A DNA stretch of 64,000 bases from an uncultured Verrucomicrobiae bacterium (GCA_963788655.1 CAWBHS010000059.1:96001-160000); one strand, 5' to 3'; positions 1-12,369 are shown, numbered from the stretch's first letter. The notes: generated by a model from the sequence alone, not told the origin. Made by a program: numbers and translations.

Positions 1-1
1 G

Positions 2-838
2 CGGTTCCCCATTCAAGTGGCCACGGTGCTGAGCCAACAGTTCGCGGCCAGCGGGCTCCAATTCTTCAAGGTCAACAAAACGGTGACGCATGTGGCCGTC
101 GCCCGCCCGCATTACTTGGATTTGGAGGTCACGCCAGTGTCCGAAGGTGTGCGGCAGATTGTCAATTTCATCAATACGAACCCGAGGTGTACGCACAACC
201 AACTTTTGGAGGCACTGGCCCCCGTACCGGGGGGTGATGACACAGTCGAGCCGACCCCGGAACGCACTGCCGTGATCGCTGATTTGCATTGGCTGGTGCA
301 TGAGGGCCACGTCATTGAATTTGCCAATGGGGTGCTGGAAACCGCCAAGAAGCCGGTGGTCAAGCCACCCAAACCGGCCCCCGTTCCCACCGCTCCTCCG
401 CCGGCTCCCCCGAGCAGCGAGTCCACAACTCCTGTGCCGACAGCCACCGAAGCCGGATCCGCAGTCACGGAGTCCGCTCCCGCTGCATCCCCAAGTCCGA
501 AGCCTCAAGCGGGAGCGCCGGTGCCAGCCGAACTGACGACGGCTGGACCAACGCCAACCGCGATCGAGCCAGCGCCGCCGTCGGAACCGAAGTCGAGCGA
601 ATCCACTCCGGTGGCCTCGGTAGAACCGCAGTCGGAAAGTCCGGCAGTGTCCGAATCTGAAACGGTCAAGTCACCGGAAGACCCGCCTGCTGCCGCGGTT
701 TCGCCAGCAGGATCGGAGCCTGCGGTTGCGGATACAAGGGCTATGAAACCCACCTCGGCAACCAACGAGCCCAGCCCTTCCTCGGAGCCGGAGCAATCCC
801 CGGCCGCCACCTCCTCTCCGGAAAAGAAGCAATCCTGA
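2..838 (+). CDS. Hypothetical protein, 5'-partial, with long Pro/Ser/Thr/Ala/Glu-rich C-terminal tail
   Basis: Frame of ORF 17..838 is open back to the window edge. Globular part (DLHWLVHEGHVIEFANG) is followed by a low-complexity tail. Confidence 0.75.
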   Translation, partial: RFPIQVATVLSQQFAASGLQFFKVNKTVTHVAVARPHYLDLEVTPVSEGVRQIVNFINTNPRCTHNQLLEALAPVPGGDDTVEPTPERTAVIADLHWLVHEGHVIEFANGVLETAKKPVVKPPKPAPVPTAPPPAPPSSESTTPVPTATEAGSAVTESAPAASPSPKPQAGAPVPAELTTAGPTPTAIEPAPPSEPKSSESTPVASVEPQSESPAVSESETVKSPEDPPAAAVSPAGSEPAVADTRAMKPTSATNEPSPSSEPEQSPAATSSPEKKQS

Positions 839-852
839 TTTGACCGTCACCT

Positions 853-875
853 TGCTGCCGGCATCTTGCCGGCGG
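853..875 (+). repeat. REP-like hairpin, GTGCTGCCGG family
   Basis: TGCTGCCGGCATCTTGCCGGCGG; related copies at 15689-15712 and 21962-21985. Confidence 0.55.
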
Positions 876-1064
876 TTTGGAATGGCGGCCAGACCTGAGC
901 ACGACGTTGACGCATGGATTCGGAGCGGGTTCCATTGAGTTCTGGCCCGATTTGGATTTGCTGGTTTTTAGCTTTGCTTTCCTTTGGCTTTTTACGTATG
1001 GTTTGCGCAATAGCTTTCCAGCAATATGTCAGGGCAGTTTGCGTGCAGGATATGTATCGCAGGG

Positions 1065-2174
1065 ATGGTGAATTGGTTCTTAATGTTCGGTTCGAGCTCC
1101 GCGCTTTGGTCGGCGGAAGAATTGGGGAACTCGGAGCCTACGCTTGAAGTAACCAACGATGAGCCGGCAACCGTGCAGAGCACGAATGCCGGTATCAGTG
1201 GCATTGAATTCTCCAATGCCGTGGACCGGGTGGTGGAGCAAACCCAGCGTTCCTTTCTGATCCTCCAGGAACAATTGCGCTCCTCGATGCAGATGCTCGA
1301 GCAAGCGCGCCAGGAATCTGAAGTGGCCTCCCGGTTGCACGCAGCGGCCATCTCGAACCGCATCTCCCTGCTGGAGCAAACTCTGACGGCCCAGCGCGCG
1401 AATGATCTGACCTTGGTCGAGAATGCCAATCGTCATCTGCTGCTTGTCATCGCCAGTTTTGCCGGCGTGCTGGTGCTGCTGGTGTTGGTCATCGTTTGGT
1501 TTCAAGTTCGTTCCCTCAATCGCCTGACGGAGGTGGTGACCCTGTATCGGGAGCCGTTGCCTTACAGTGCGCCGCCCGCAGCCGCACTGGCGATGGGAAG
1601 CGATCCGCCCCCGACTGTGCGCACTGAGCCCGATTCCAGCCAGCGGTTGCTGGGCGCCGTCGAACGGCTCGAACAGCGTATTCAGGAACTCGAGCACACC
1701 GCGACGCCGGAGCTGACTCCGACTACACCGCAATCGGACGGTGCCAAGGTTATCGAAGTGCCGTTACCCGTAGTTCGAGAACCTGTTCCAAGTGAGGAGT
1801 TCCCGGCAGAGACGGCGAGCAATTCAACCGAAGAAGAGGACGATCGTGTCAACTGGCTGCTGGGCAAAGGCCAATCGTTTCTCAATGCCGGCCAGGTGGA
1901 AAAGGCGATGGCCTGTTTTGACGAAGTGATCGTGCATGAGCCTCACCACGCGGAAGCCCTGATGAAAAAGGGGGTCGTGCTCGAACGGCAGGAACGATAC
2001 AAGGAAGCGCTCGATTATTACGACCGAGCCATTGAAGCCAACCGGTCGCTGACGTTGGCTTACCTGCACAAAGGCGGGGTATTCAATCAGTTGGAACGCT
2101 TCGACGAAGCGCTGCAGTGTTACGAGCAAGCTTTGCGGTTGCAACAATTGACCGGCAACAACCGGTCCGAGTAA
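1065..2174 (+). CDS. Membrane-anchored TPR protein (signal peptide, coiled coil, TM helix, C-terminal TPRs)
   Basis: TM LLLVIASFAGVLVLLVLVIVWF; about three TPRs (e.g. AYLHKGGVFNQLERFDEALQCYEQALRL). Start chosen at ATG 1065; ORF extends to 1026. Confidence 0.8.
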   Translation: MVNWFLMFGSSSALWSAEELGNSEPTLEVTNDEPATVQSTNAGISGIEFSNAVDRVVEQTQRSFLILQEQLRSSMQMLEQARQESEVASRLHAAAISNRISLLEQTLTAQRANDLTLVENANRHLLLVIASFAGVLVLLVLVIVWFQVRSLNRLTEVVTLYREPLPYSAPPAAALAMGSDPPPTVRTEPDSSQRLLGAVERLEQRIQELEHTATPELTPTTPQSDGAKVIEVPLPVVREPVPSEEFPAETASNSTEEEDDRVNWLLGKGQSFLNAGQVEKAMACFDEVIVHEPHHAEALMKKGVVLERQERYKEALDYYDRAIEANRSLTLAYLHKGGVFNQLERFDEALQCYEQALRLQQLTGNNRSE

Positions 2175-2252
2175 CGTTGCCGTGGACGTGGTTCCCTCGG
2201 TATTCGGCTGGCGCTGGAAATGGAGCTTGTATCGTGACGCACACGACAATGG

Positions 2253-2530
2253 CTAGTACCTGTGACAAAGAATTTTCGACACATGCGTTGCCTGGATTTC
2301 TTGGCGCTGCCAAGGCGCGAGAGACGAGCATACCCCTCAGCGGTCTGTAAGGAGCGAGCAACGCCGGCAGCGACGAAAAAGACGGCAACCCGGAGGGCTG
2401 CGCCAGATTTGAATTCTGGCTTCGTTGCTCCTCAGTCACAGAGCACTGCGGCTATGCTCCTTCGTCGCGCCTCGCCAGAATTCAAATCTGGCGCAGCGCA
2501 TGTATCGAAAATTCTTTGTCACAGTACTAG
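2253..2530. mobile_element. MITE-like non-autonomous element, 278 bp, with ~38-bp terminal inverted repeats starting CTAG
   Basis: Left CTAGTACCTGTGACAAAGAATTTTCGACACATGCG versus reverse complement of right CTAGTACTGTGACAAAGAATTTTCGATACATGCG. Perfect 24-bp internal inverted repeat at 2397-2420/2474-2497. No transposase. Confidence 0.75.
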
Positions 2531-3978
2531 TCGATCTTGACCTTGAACAGTTCGTGTTCTTCGGCTTCTTTGCGAGCCAGTTGCTGCTCAAGCAGGGCAA
2601 TACGCTGTTCATAGGCGCGCAGTCTTTCGGTAAGGGGAGCCTGAACTTTGGCCAGGCGTTCCTCCAATTTGGCAAGGTCCGCAGCGGCCTGTTGTTGAGT
2701 AGCCAGCGAATGGTTGCGTTGCGCAAGCATTCCCTGCACCAGCCGGGTCTTGAGCCAGCGCGCCAGCAACGGCAGCAGCCCGGCGCGCATCATCGCGGTC
2801 GCCTGATCGGCCCGCCTTTCCGCCGTGAGGGCGCGCGCCTGCCAGGAGTCCGAAGCGGTCAATGCGGGAGCGACCACAGGGGTGGCGCAATTCGGGCAGA
2901 GCAATTGCCCAGAACCCGTGGATTCGATCAATAGCTGTGGGCTCCGCACTTGATGGCGTCGCCGCTTTACTAGGCGGGTTGCGGCCACCAACGCGACCAG
3001 GAAAATCACAATCAGGATGGGCATCAACCATTGGTTTAGTGCGGATCCGTTGGTCAGTTCTCGGCGAGCGTTCTCCATCCAGTCCGTCCAAGTACTCCCC
3101 TGGGATGCATCCTTCATCCGTTCCCTTAATTCATCCAAAGCGGCCTTGGTTCGGACGTCCACTCGTTGCCCGGCCGCCAGAATGACTTGGCCCGGAAAAT
3201 ATTCAGTGGCGGCGACAATCGCCATCGTGCGTGACTGCTGAAATTTCCGAATCAACACTTTATCCCGGATGCAATTGGGTTGCAGAAAGGCGGCAAGGAA
3301 ATCCGCGTCAGCCTGACCTTCGGGAGGAAATTCGCGACGCACTATTTGCCTCAGTTTGGACAAGGTGATGAGATTTGTGGCATCGACTCGCGAAGCCAAT
3401 CCTTGCCAGGCCGCCCAATCCGCGTTATCCGCCTTGGCCGCGGCCGGGAGAAGCCAGACATAGCCAGGGCCGGGGGCATTGGTTGCCGGCAACTCATCGC
3501 TGCTTATGTAATGGCTCATGAACGCCCGCAGCAGAATACTCCACTCGCTCCGCAGCATTTCATCCGACTGCTCCAAGGCCCAACGTTCCATAAAATGAGA
3601 GCTTGTCGGCGTGTCCTGATGCTGTTGCTGGAATAGGACAACATAGTTCGCGTACCGTTTTCCTTGTAACACGCTGGGATCCAACTGCTCCCGGTGGAAG
3701 AGGTATTTCAAGCCGAGAAGGAATTGGCTGCGCTGGTCATTCAGGGTCGAATGGAAATTGGTTTCTACTTCGCTGGCCGCAGTGGAATGGAACCGGAAGA
3801 TTACGGGTGTTTTTCGGACCTCGTTATGGTGCAGCAATTGCGTCCGTTCGGGATCCGGTACCAGCAAGTGGATCGGGGTGACAAGGTTCGACGAGGCCAG
3901 GTCGCCGACCTGGAGGTCCGGGAGGGCGGCGGAAGCGATCGGCAAGCCAATCATCAGGCCAGCGAGGCCAAATTCCAT
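2527..3978 (-). CDS. Membrane protein with 7TMR-HD extracellular-like domain, one internal TM helix, CxxC and C-terminal coiled coil
   Basis: LQVGDLASSNLVTPIHLLVPDPERT and PGQVILAAGQRV resemble 7TM-HD extracellular domain motifs. TM WLMPILIVIFLVALVAA; CPNC; no HD motif seen. Confidence 0.6.
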   Translation of the reverse strand: MEFGLAGLMIGLPIASAALPDLQVGDLASSNLVTPIHLLVPDPERTQLLHHNEVRKTPVIFRFHSTAASEVETNFHSTLNDQRSQFLLGLKYLFHREQLDPSVLQGKRYANYVVLFQQQHQDTPTSSHFMERWALEQSDEMLRSEWSILLRAFMSHYISSDELPATNAPGPGYVWLLPAAAKADNADWAAWQGLASRVDATNLITLSKLRQIVRREFPPEGQADADFLAAFLQPNCIRDKVLIRKFQQSRTMAIVAATEYFPGQVILAAGQRVDVRTKAALDELRERMKDASQGSTWTDWMENARRELTNGSALNQWLMPILIVIFLVALVAATRLVKRRRHQVRSPQLLIESTGSGQLLCPNCATPVVAPALTASDSWQARALTAERRADQATAMMRAGLLPLLARWLKTRLVQGMLAQRNHSLATQQQAAADLAKLEERLAKVQAPLTERLRAYEQRIALLEQQLARKEAEEHELFKVKID

Positions 3979-4238
3979 GACCTTCCGCCTTAACCCAGTT
4001 CGAATGGATGAATGCCTGTCGATGTCGGCCAGCGATAACGGGGATTTCTTTTAGAAGCAAGCCGGAAAACCGCTGGATACGCAAAACTCAGGACAACAAG
4101 CCAACGAAGTGCAGGTCGTCAATGTTTTGGCGCAAAAAACGCTGCCCAAGGCCCATCGAAAACTAATCGGACACTGGATTGGATTTCTGGATCCCAGAGC
4201 GTGTTAATCGACTGAACCCCGGTTATCGGTCAAAACGG

Positions 4239-5738
4239 ATGAGACTCACTTGCTGTTTGGTTTGGATAGGGATGTGCGCGGTTTTGGCCACTGATGGCGC
4301 CGTGTTGCAGACCAACCAACCCGCCCCCGGCGGGAACAAATTCCTTTTTATCGTGGACACTTCGAGTGCCATGAAAAAGGTCGCCTTGCCCAGCCGCCAG
4401 GCGGTATTTGACATGATTTACACCGGCCTCTACGACCAAATGAAAGCAGGCGATTCGTATGGTTTGTGGACTTTTAACCAGGAACCGTTCACGAGCATCT
4501 TCCCGATGCAAATCTGGCATCCGCAGCAAACCATGGCGCTGGCGAGCCACGCCGCCAAGTTTTTGCGGGACCAACCTTATCGTAACCGTGCCCGTCTCGG
4601 CCCTTTAATGGACAAAGTGTTGACCATCATCACGGGGGTAAAGGACGTGACTGTTTTCATCATTTCGGATGAGAACACACAAGTGCAAGGGACTCCGTTC
4701 GACAACCAACTTAAGGCAGCATACACGCTCAACGCCGAAGAAAGCGCCAAAGCCACCCAACCTCTCATCACCACCCTGACAGCCAGAGGAGGAGAAATCG
4801 TCAGTGCCTCGGTCCATATTGCCGGCAATCCGATCCTGCTCATCCAGCCGGCAGAAACAATTCCCAACCAGTACCAAGAACATCCACTGGCCAGCGGCAA
4901 GACGAACAGGCAAACCGTTGCCGTCACGAAGGTTCAATCGACCAATTCACCGGCGTCAACCTCGGCGCAATCTCGTGGCAACCAGGCCTCATCAAAGCCA
5001 CGTGAGCCGTTCGGCGGGAACCGGAAAGCCAAGGCATTCGGAACAAAAGCAGGCAACTCTGCCATGCGCAGTTTTGCGGATAGTGGAGCCAAGCAAGTGC
5101 CCAGCGATACTGCGTCTAAATCCGTAGGAAATGAAGTTGCCCTACCGCCAACTCACACCAATAACCAACGAGGGAGCGGTTCCATGAAGGATATCGTTGA
5201 CTCCAACCCGGCGATCCCGCGCGATTCAACTGCAGAAACGACGTCGCAGGCTGTGGTTTCGAGCGGTTCAAGGAAGAACAATTCAAACGTCGAACAGAGG
5301 GAGACCTCAGCCGCTACTCGTCCGAATCCCAAATTGGCGCCCGAGGTGGGAGCGCCCGCTCCATACCCGGCAACGGCGACTAGCTCCGAAGCTGCGGACG
5401 CAATCCCGAAAAATGCTGGGGATGAGGTCATGGAACCTTCATCAGCGAATGGGGTGACAGTCCCAAGTAAATTCGTTGCTATCGAAACCACCTCTGGAAT
5501 TCTGCCGGTGGCGGCTCGGGAACTCGCAGCAAACAGGAATACGCCGATACGGGATTCGCTGGTATTGGGCGATGGTGGACACCCCGCTCACGACAGCTTC
5601 AAACCCGGGACATTGCTGCTGATCGGTGGCGCTTTGCTGCTGGTCTTTTTGGCGCTTGTCCTGATTGGCTGGCAGAAGGCCCGCTCACAGCAGCCCCAGG
5701 AAAGCTATATCACGCGGTCCATGAATCGAATGCGATAA
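4239..5738 (+). CDS. vWA-like domain protein with signal peptide, disordered linker and C-terminal TM anchor
   Basis: KFLFIVDTSSAM resembles vWA beta-A plus MIDAS; S/T/A/P-rich linker; TM LLLIGGALLLVFLALVLIGW. Confidence 0.65.
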   Translation: MRLTCCLVWIGMCAVLATDGAVLQTNQPAPGGNKFLFIVDTSSAMKKVALPSRQAVFDMIYTGLYDQMKAGDSYGLWTFNQEPFTSIFPMQIWHPQQTMALASHAAKFLRDQPYRNRARLGPLMDKVLTIITGVKDVTVFIISDENTQVQGTPFDNQLKAAYTLNAEESAKATQPLITTLTARGGEIVSASVHIAGNPILLIQPAETIPNQYQEHPLASGKTNRQTVAVTKVQSTNSPASTSAQSRGNQASSKPREPFGGNRKAKAFGTKAGNSAMRSFADSGAKQVPSDTASKSVGNEVALPPTHTNNQRGSGSMKDIVDSNPAIPRDSTAETTSQAVVSSGSRKNNSNVEQRETSAATRPNPKLAPEVGAPAPYPATATSSEAADAIPKNAGDEVMEPSSANGVTVPSKFVAIETTSGILPVAARELAANRNTPIRDSLVLGDGGHPAHDSFKPGTLLLIGGALLLVFLALVLIGWQKARSQQPQESYITRSMNRMR

Positions 5739-5790
5739 ACGCGCGATTCGTCGCCAGATGGTTTTGCCGGCAATCGGTCAATAACCAGCG

Positions 5791-5823
5791 AAAACAAAAA
5801 ACCCCGCCGAAATCGGCGGGGTT
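5791..5823 (-). terminator. Rho-independent terminator of rplM-rpsI
   Basis: Stem AACCCCGCCG/CGGCGGGGTT followed by a U-tract on the minus strand. Confidence 0.8.
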
Positions 5824-5842
5824 GGAGAATACCCAAGCAAAC

Positions 5843-6245
5843 TTAACGTTTGCTGTACCTGAAATCGCTTACGGGCGCCAGGCTGGCCGTATTTCTTACG
5901 TTCCTTCATACGCGGATCCCGCGTCAAGAAACCGCCGGCTTTTAGCACGGGCCGAAGGTTGGGGTCGGCGTTGATGAGGGCACGAGCGATCCCGTGCCGC
6001 ACCGCACCGGCCTGACCGCTGGGACCGCCGCCGCGAACATTTACCCGAATGTCAAATTTGGTGGCCGTGTCCGTAGCGGTCAGCGGCTGCGAGGCTTGCA
6101 TGCGCAAGGTTTCGGTCAAAAAGTAATTTTCAAATGGGCGGCCATTGACAACGATCTTGCCGTTGCCCGAGGCGATCCGCACTCGAGCCACCGCTGTTTT
6201 GCGTCGGCCGGTGCCAAGCTGTTCCTGGGAAGTTGTGTTATCCAT
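5843..6245 (-). CDS. rpsI: 30S ribosomal protein S9 (one extra base near 5858, probable sequencing error)
   Basis: [52 protein letters not shown]. Removing one G restores the canonical FQYSKR* end at 5843. Confidence 0.97.
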
Positions 6246-6274
6246 TTGTCAAAAAATGTTGAGACTAGGGGCGC

Positions 6275-6709
6275 TCAGTTGGCGACTTTCAGCGGTTCCG
6301 GTCGTTGTGCGGAGTGCGGATGAGCTGGACCTTTGTAAACCTTGAGTTTGGTCAAGAGCACCTTGCCCAACCGGTTCTTCGGGATCATTCCCTTCACGGC
6401 GTGGGTAATCAGGCGCTCCGGATGGCGTCCGCGGATTTGAGGGACGGAACGGTATTTCTCGCCACCCCTCCAACCGGAGTAACTCATGTAGGTTTTGGTG
6501 GATTCTTTCTTGCCCGTGAGTCGCACTTTCTCCGCATTGACGACGATCACAAAGTCGCCGGCATCCAAGTGCGGCGTGAAGACCGCCTTGTTTTTGCCAC
6601 GTAGCGTGTTGGCAATTTGCGCCGCCAACCGGCCCAAAACCGCGCCATCGGCATCAATCACATGCCACTTGCGCTGGTCCAAATTCACTTTCGGAATCAA
6701 AGTTTTCAT
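6275..6709 (-). CDS. rplM: 50S ribosomal protein L13
   Basis: RKWHVIDADGAVLGRLA, FTPHLDAGDFVIVVNAEK, AVKGMIPKNRLG, PHSAQRP; upstream of rpsI. Confidence 0.97.
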   Translation of the reverse strand: MKTLIPKVNLDQRKWHVIDADGAVLGRLAAQIANTLRGKNKAVFTPHLDAGDFVIVVNAEKVRLTGKKESTKTYMSYSGWRGGEKYRSVPQIRGRHPERLITHAVKGMIPKNRLGKVLLTKLKVYKGPAHPHSAQRPEPLKVAN

Positions 6710-6732
6710 CAAATCCAATCAAAGGAACGCGA

Positions 6733-6760
6733 AGAGTATCAAAGCACAACGCCAAGTCAA
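6733..6760 (-). promoter_or_regulatory. Putative sigma70 promoter of rplM
   Basis: TTGACT-N16-TACTCT on the minus strand. Confidence 0.5.
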
Positions 6761-6807
6761 TAGACATTTTTGGCATTTTAAAATATCACTTCACGTATCG
6801 AAACTGA

Positions 6808-9139
<2,332 letters not shown>

Positions 9140-9165
9140 TCTCCGAGCTTTTTTCGAACATGACG

Positions 9166-9200
9166 ACCCAGGGTGGCCTTACTGCAAGGCTGCCCTGGGT
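9166..9200. repeat. GC-rich hairpin (CCCAGGG...CCCTGGG) between convergent genes; REP-like or terminator
   Basis: ACCCAGGGTGGCCTT-ACTGC-AAGGCTGCCCTGGGT. Confidence 0.5.
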
Positions 9201-9294
9201 TGCGTGATGAAATCCCCTTGAAATTCAAGTCAACGGCAACCGCCAGGGCCGTGCATTGAGATCACGGAGGTGTAGGCCGGTCTGGGGCTCATAA

Positions 9295-9756
9295 TCACTT
9301 GTTCGGCGGCCATTCCACGCCGGCGAGTTCTTTAGGAAACTGGGACGGGTCCGTGGGATAGATGAGCGACATGTCGGGCTGGGTCGTTGCGCCGGGCAGG
9401 AATTCCAGTTCCTCCGGCGCGCCCATAATGAGCCAGAGCACTTCCGTGCCGGTATCGTTGAACACCTGACGTATCTGGTCCGGACCAACCAGCACGCCGC
9501 CGTATTGGGGCACGGTCAACGTCTCGTCGCCCACGCGCATCCGGCCGGTGCCTTCCAGCACAAAATAGAATTCCTCCTGCCGGACATGCTTGTGCAGCGT
9601 GCTCGCGCTCTTCCGCGGCAGCCGCCAGAGTCGCGCGCTGAGATTCTCGCTGCCCGTGCGCTCGAGAAAATCCGCGTTCGGGATTTTCATCAGGTTGGAC
9701 GGACGCCAGAAAAGATCTTCCGGCTTGATCAGATGGTAACCTTGAATCGGTTTCAT
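9295..9756 (-). CDS. Cupin domain protein
   Basis: Cupin motif LHKHVRQEEFYFVLEGTG. Start chosen at MKPIQG. Confidence 0.85.
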   Translation of the reverse strand: MKPIQGYHLIKPEDLFWRPSNLMKIPNADFLERTGSENLSARLWRLPRKSASTLHKHVRQEEFYFVLEGTGRMRVGDETLTVPQYGGVLVGPDQIRQVFNDTGTEVLWLIMGAPEELEFLPGATTQPDMSLIYPTDPSQFPKELAGVEWPPNK

Positions 9757-9794
9757 GATTTTGCGGTTGAACAGTTCCTGGCGATTTGCGGTGG

Positions 9795-10403
9795 TCAACG
9801 CCCTGGTCGCTTAAATCGTTTTCGCGCGATATCGACTTTGGCCCTGATGACACAGCCCTCGACGTGATCGTTAATCAAGCCCATGGCCTGCATGAAGGCA
9901 TAGACGGTGGTCGGGCCGACAAATTTCCAACCCTGGTTCTTCAGTTCCTTGGAAAGGGCAATGGACTCCGTGGACACGGACGCCGTTTGCGGCTTCGCAA
10001 GTTGCTTGGCGTCCGGCTCGTAGCGCCAGATGAACGTGGCCAACGATCCCTCGCGCTTGACCAGCTCCAGCGCTTTCCGGGCATTGTTGATGACCGCCTC
10101 GATCTTGCCGCGATGGCGCACAATGCCCTCGTCTCGCAGGAGCCGTTCCACGTCACGCGCCGTGAAACGCGCCACCCGGGCAATGTCAAATTGGTGAAAG
10201 GCGGCGCGGAAGTGCTCGCGTTTGCCGAGGATGGTCCGCCAGCTCAGTCCGGATTGAAAGCCTTCAAGGCTCAGCTTCTCGAACAGCCGGTGATCGTCGC
10301 TGACGGGGAACCCCCATTCGGTGTCGTGGTAAGGCAGGAACTCCGGGACATCACCGCACCATCGGCAGCGCGGTCTTCCGTCCGGTCCGGCGATGGTGGG
10401 CAT
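9795..10403 (-). CDS. tag: DNA-3-methyladenine glycosylase I
   Basis: RCRWC, YHDTEWG, LEGFQSGLSWRTIL, GWKFVGPTTVYAFMQAMGLINDH. Confidence 0.95.
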   Translation of the reverse strand: MPTIAGPDGRPRCRWCGDVPEFLPYHDTEWGFPVSDDHRLFEKLSLEGFQSGLSWRTILGKREHFRAAFHQFDIARVARFTARDVERLLRDEGIVRHRGKIEAVINNARKALELVKREGSLATFIWRYEPDAKQLAKPQTASVSTESIALSKELKNQGWKFVGPTTVYAFMQAMGLINDHVEGCVIRAKVDIARKRFKRPGR

Positions 10404-10445
10404 GGCAATTCGACTGACGTTCGGGTTGACGGTTGCGAAAGAGTT

Positions 10446-11582
10446 TCACTTCGTCGCCTCGTCCGCGGGCGAACCATCCTTAAGGTCATTCACCGTCGCC
10501 TCCGGCCAACCATCCGCATTCCAACGCAGCGGCATGATCGCCAGGGTGGCTCTTCCCCCCATTCGCAAGTCACCTTCGAAATCCGAGGTGAACCACTGCT
10601 TGCCTTCCGCGGTCAAAGTCCCCGCATGTCCCGGCCCGATCAACGGCCCGTTGGTCGTCGCCAGGAATAGAGTTCCGCCGCGTTGCAGCATGTTCACACC
10701 GGCTTTGTCCAAGTACGGCCCAGTGACCGTTTCGCTCCTCCCGATGCGAATGTTGTAAGTGCTCTTTGGCCCCTGGCAACAGGAATCCCAATTCACAAAC
10801 AGATAATAGTAGTCGTCATGCCGGCACAAATAGGAAGCCTCAATTGAGTCATTGTAGGCGAGGGGAACCATTTTCGAATCCGGTGCGATTCGCTTCCCGG
10901 TCTGCGGATCCAACTGAATCAGTTTGATGCCGGACCAATAAGAGCCAAAGGTCATCCACAGGCTTCCGTCGCGGTCATGAAATATGGCTGGGTCAATCGC
11001 ATTGTACGCCTCGCCTTGCTGGCCTTCCTGCGTCCGCACGACCAATCCTTGCTCGGTCCAAAGGTAAGCCGGATCGTCCGGGTCCAACGTGGGATTAGTC
11101 GCCAAGCCGATGGCCGAGGTCATTTTTCCGAAGGACGAAACCGAGTAATACAGGAGATACCGATCGCCCAGCTTGATGATGTCAGGAGCCCAATACGACA
11201 TGCGACGGTTTGCTGGGACGATCTTGGCAATCCATTCCGGTGGAGTTTTGAATACAGCCGGTCCGCGTTCCCATTTTACCAAGTCCTGGGAATGATACGA
11301 AGGAACGCCTCGGCCCGTGTAGAAGACCCAGTATTCATGGTTGCATTTCACGATGCTGGAAGGATCGCGAGCAACAACGCGGCGACTCGCGGATTCTTCC
11401 AGAGGCAGGCCGGTCATGGAGTTTCTGGAGTCGGATTTGGCGGAGTCAGCTTGCGCATTCGCTGCGGCGGAGTAAGCCAACGTTCCAATGAACATTGCCG
11501 CAAACACTATGTGCCGAAGAAAAACGGGGCAACGGCACACGTCACTCGGTGCCATAAGTTGAAGACTGTGGATTGGCTTCAT
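10446..11582 (-). CDS. GH43 arabinan endo-1,5-alpha-L-arabinosidase-like protein, secreted
   Basis: RDPSSIV, WAPDI, NAIDP, FGSYWSGI, IEAS, GPGH; signal peptide. Start uncertain. Confidence 0.9.
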   Translation of the reverse strand: MKPIHSLQLMAPSDVCRCPVFLRHIVFAAMFIGTLAYSAAANAQADSAKSDSRNSMTGLPLEESASRRVVARDPSSIVKCNHEYWVFYTGRGVPSYHSQDLVKWERGPAVFKTPPEWIAKIVPANRRMSYWAPDIIKLGDRYLLYYSVSSFGKMTSAIGLATNPTLDPDDPAYLWTEQGLVVRTQEGQQGEAYNAIDPAIFHDRDGSLWMTFGSYWSGIKLIQLDPQTGKRIAPDSKMVPLAYNDSIEASYLCRHDDYYYLFVNWDSCCQGPKSTYNIRIGRSETVTGPYLDKAGVNMLQRGGTLFLATTNGPLIGPGHAGTLTAEGKQWFTSDFEGDLRMGGRATLAIMPLRWNADGWPEATVNDLKDGSPADEATK

Positions 11583-11596
11583 AAGACGAAATAGTT

Positions 11597-11655
11597 GACA
11601 CGAATTCCACAAACTTGCACGGATTAAATTTGGGTTAATTGGTGCAATTCGTGTC
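11597..11655. repeat. Intergenic inverted repeat built from CACGAATT-like units
   Basis: GACACGAATT...AATTCGTGTC arms with degenerate inner copies. Confidence 0.5.
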
Positions 11656-11660
11656 TGCGT

Positions 11661-12236
11661 TCAAACCCTTAGTGAGCCACGGAACGCCCGGGCGGCATAG
11701 TAAGACTGCGCGCCGTTGTGTCCCACGAAGACACGACCGTAGCGGCGATCACAATAGAGCGCGCCGCCGAGCTTTCTGATATCCGCCGGTGTTTTCACCC
11801 AGCTCGATGTTTTCGTATCGAACTCTCCCAGCTTTTGCAGTTCGAAACATTGTTCTTCCGTTAAAAGCTCAATGCCCATGGCCGCGGCCATATCCATGAC
11901 GCTGTTCTTGGGTTTATGTTCTTTCCGGGAATCCAGTGCTTCACGGTCGTAGCAAAGACTGGTGCGGCCGTTGGGACTTTGCGCGGAACAATCAAAGAAA
12001 ACGTATTCGCCCGACTTTTTGTCCTGACCCACCACATCCGGTTCCCCGCCGGTACGTTCCATTTCCTGGAGCGACCACAGCTTTTCAGGATTGGCTTCCA
12101 GCCTCGCCTGGACTTTGGCCCACTCCAGCCCTTTATGGCGGCTCAGGTATTTCTCAAAACGGGCTTTCAATGCTTTGAGTAGTTCTTCCCGTTGTTTTGG
12201 GGACAACTGCTTTCGATTGCTGGTGATGTTGTTCAT
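11661..12236 (-). CDS. DUF4256 family protein
   Basis: EMERTGGEPDVVG, SLCYDREALDSRKEHKP, FDTKTSSW, HNGAQSYYAARAFRGSLRV. Confidence 0.85.
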   Translation of the reverse strand: MNNITSNRKQLSPKQREELLKALKARFEKYLSRHKGLEWAKVQARLEANPEKLWSLQEMERTGGEPDVVGQDKKSGEYVFFDCSAQSPNGRTSLCYDREALDSRKEHKPKNSVMDMAAAMGIELLTEEQCFELQKLGEFDTKTSSWVKTPADIRKLGGALYCDRRYGRVFVGHNGAQSYYAARAFRGSLRV

Positions 12237-12369
12237 AGGTTGGCGCTGTGATATCGACAGAATAACTGGCTTCCTTCGTGCGACAACCATAATTTGAAAA
12301 TACTCGGCTTGAATCCATAGCCACTCGACCCAAACTCCAACAAGCCTGACCGCTCTTTATCGCCTTACG

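Noticed and set aside
2262..2540. 92-aa ORF inside the MITE-like element as a transposase
   Set aside because: Too short, no DDE or HUH motif; a by-product of the palindromic sequence.
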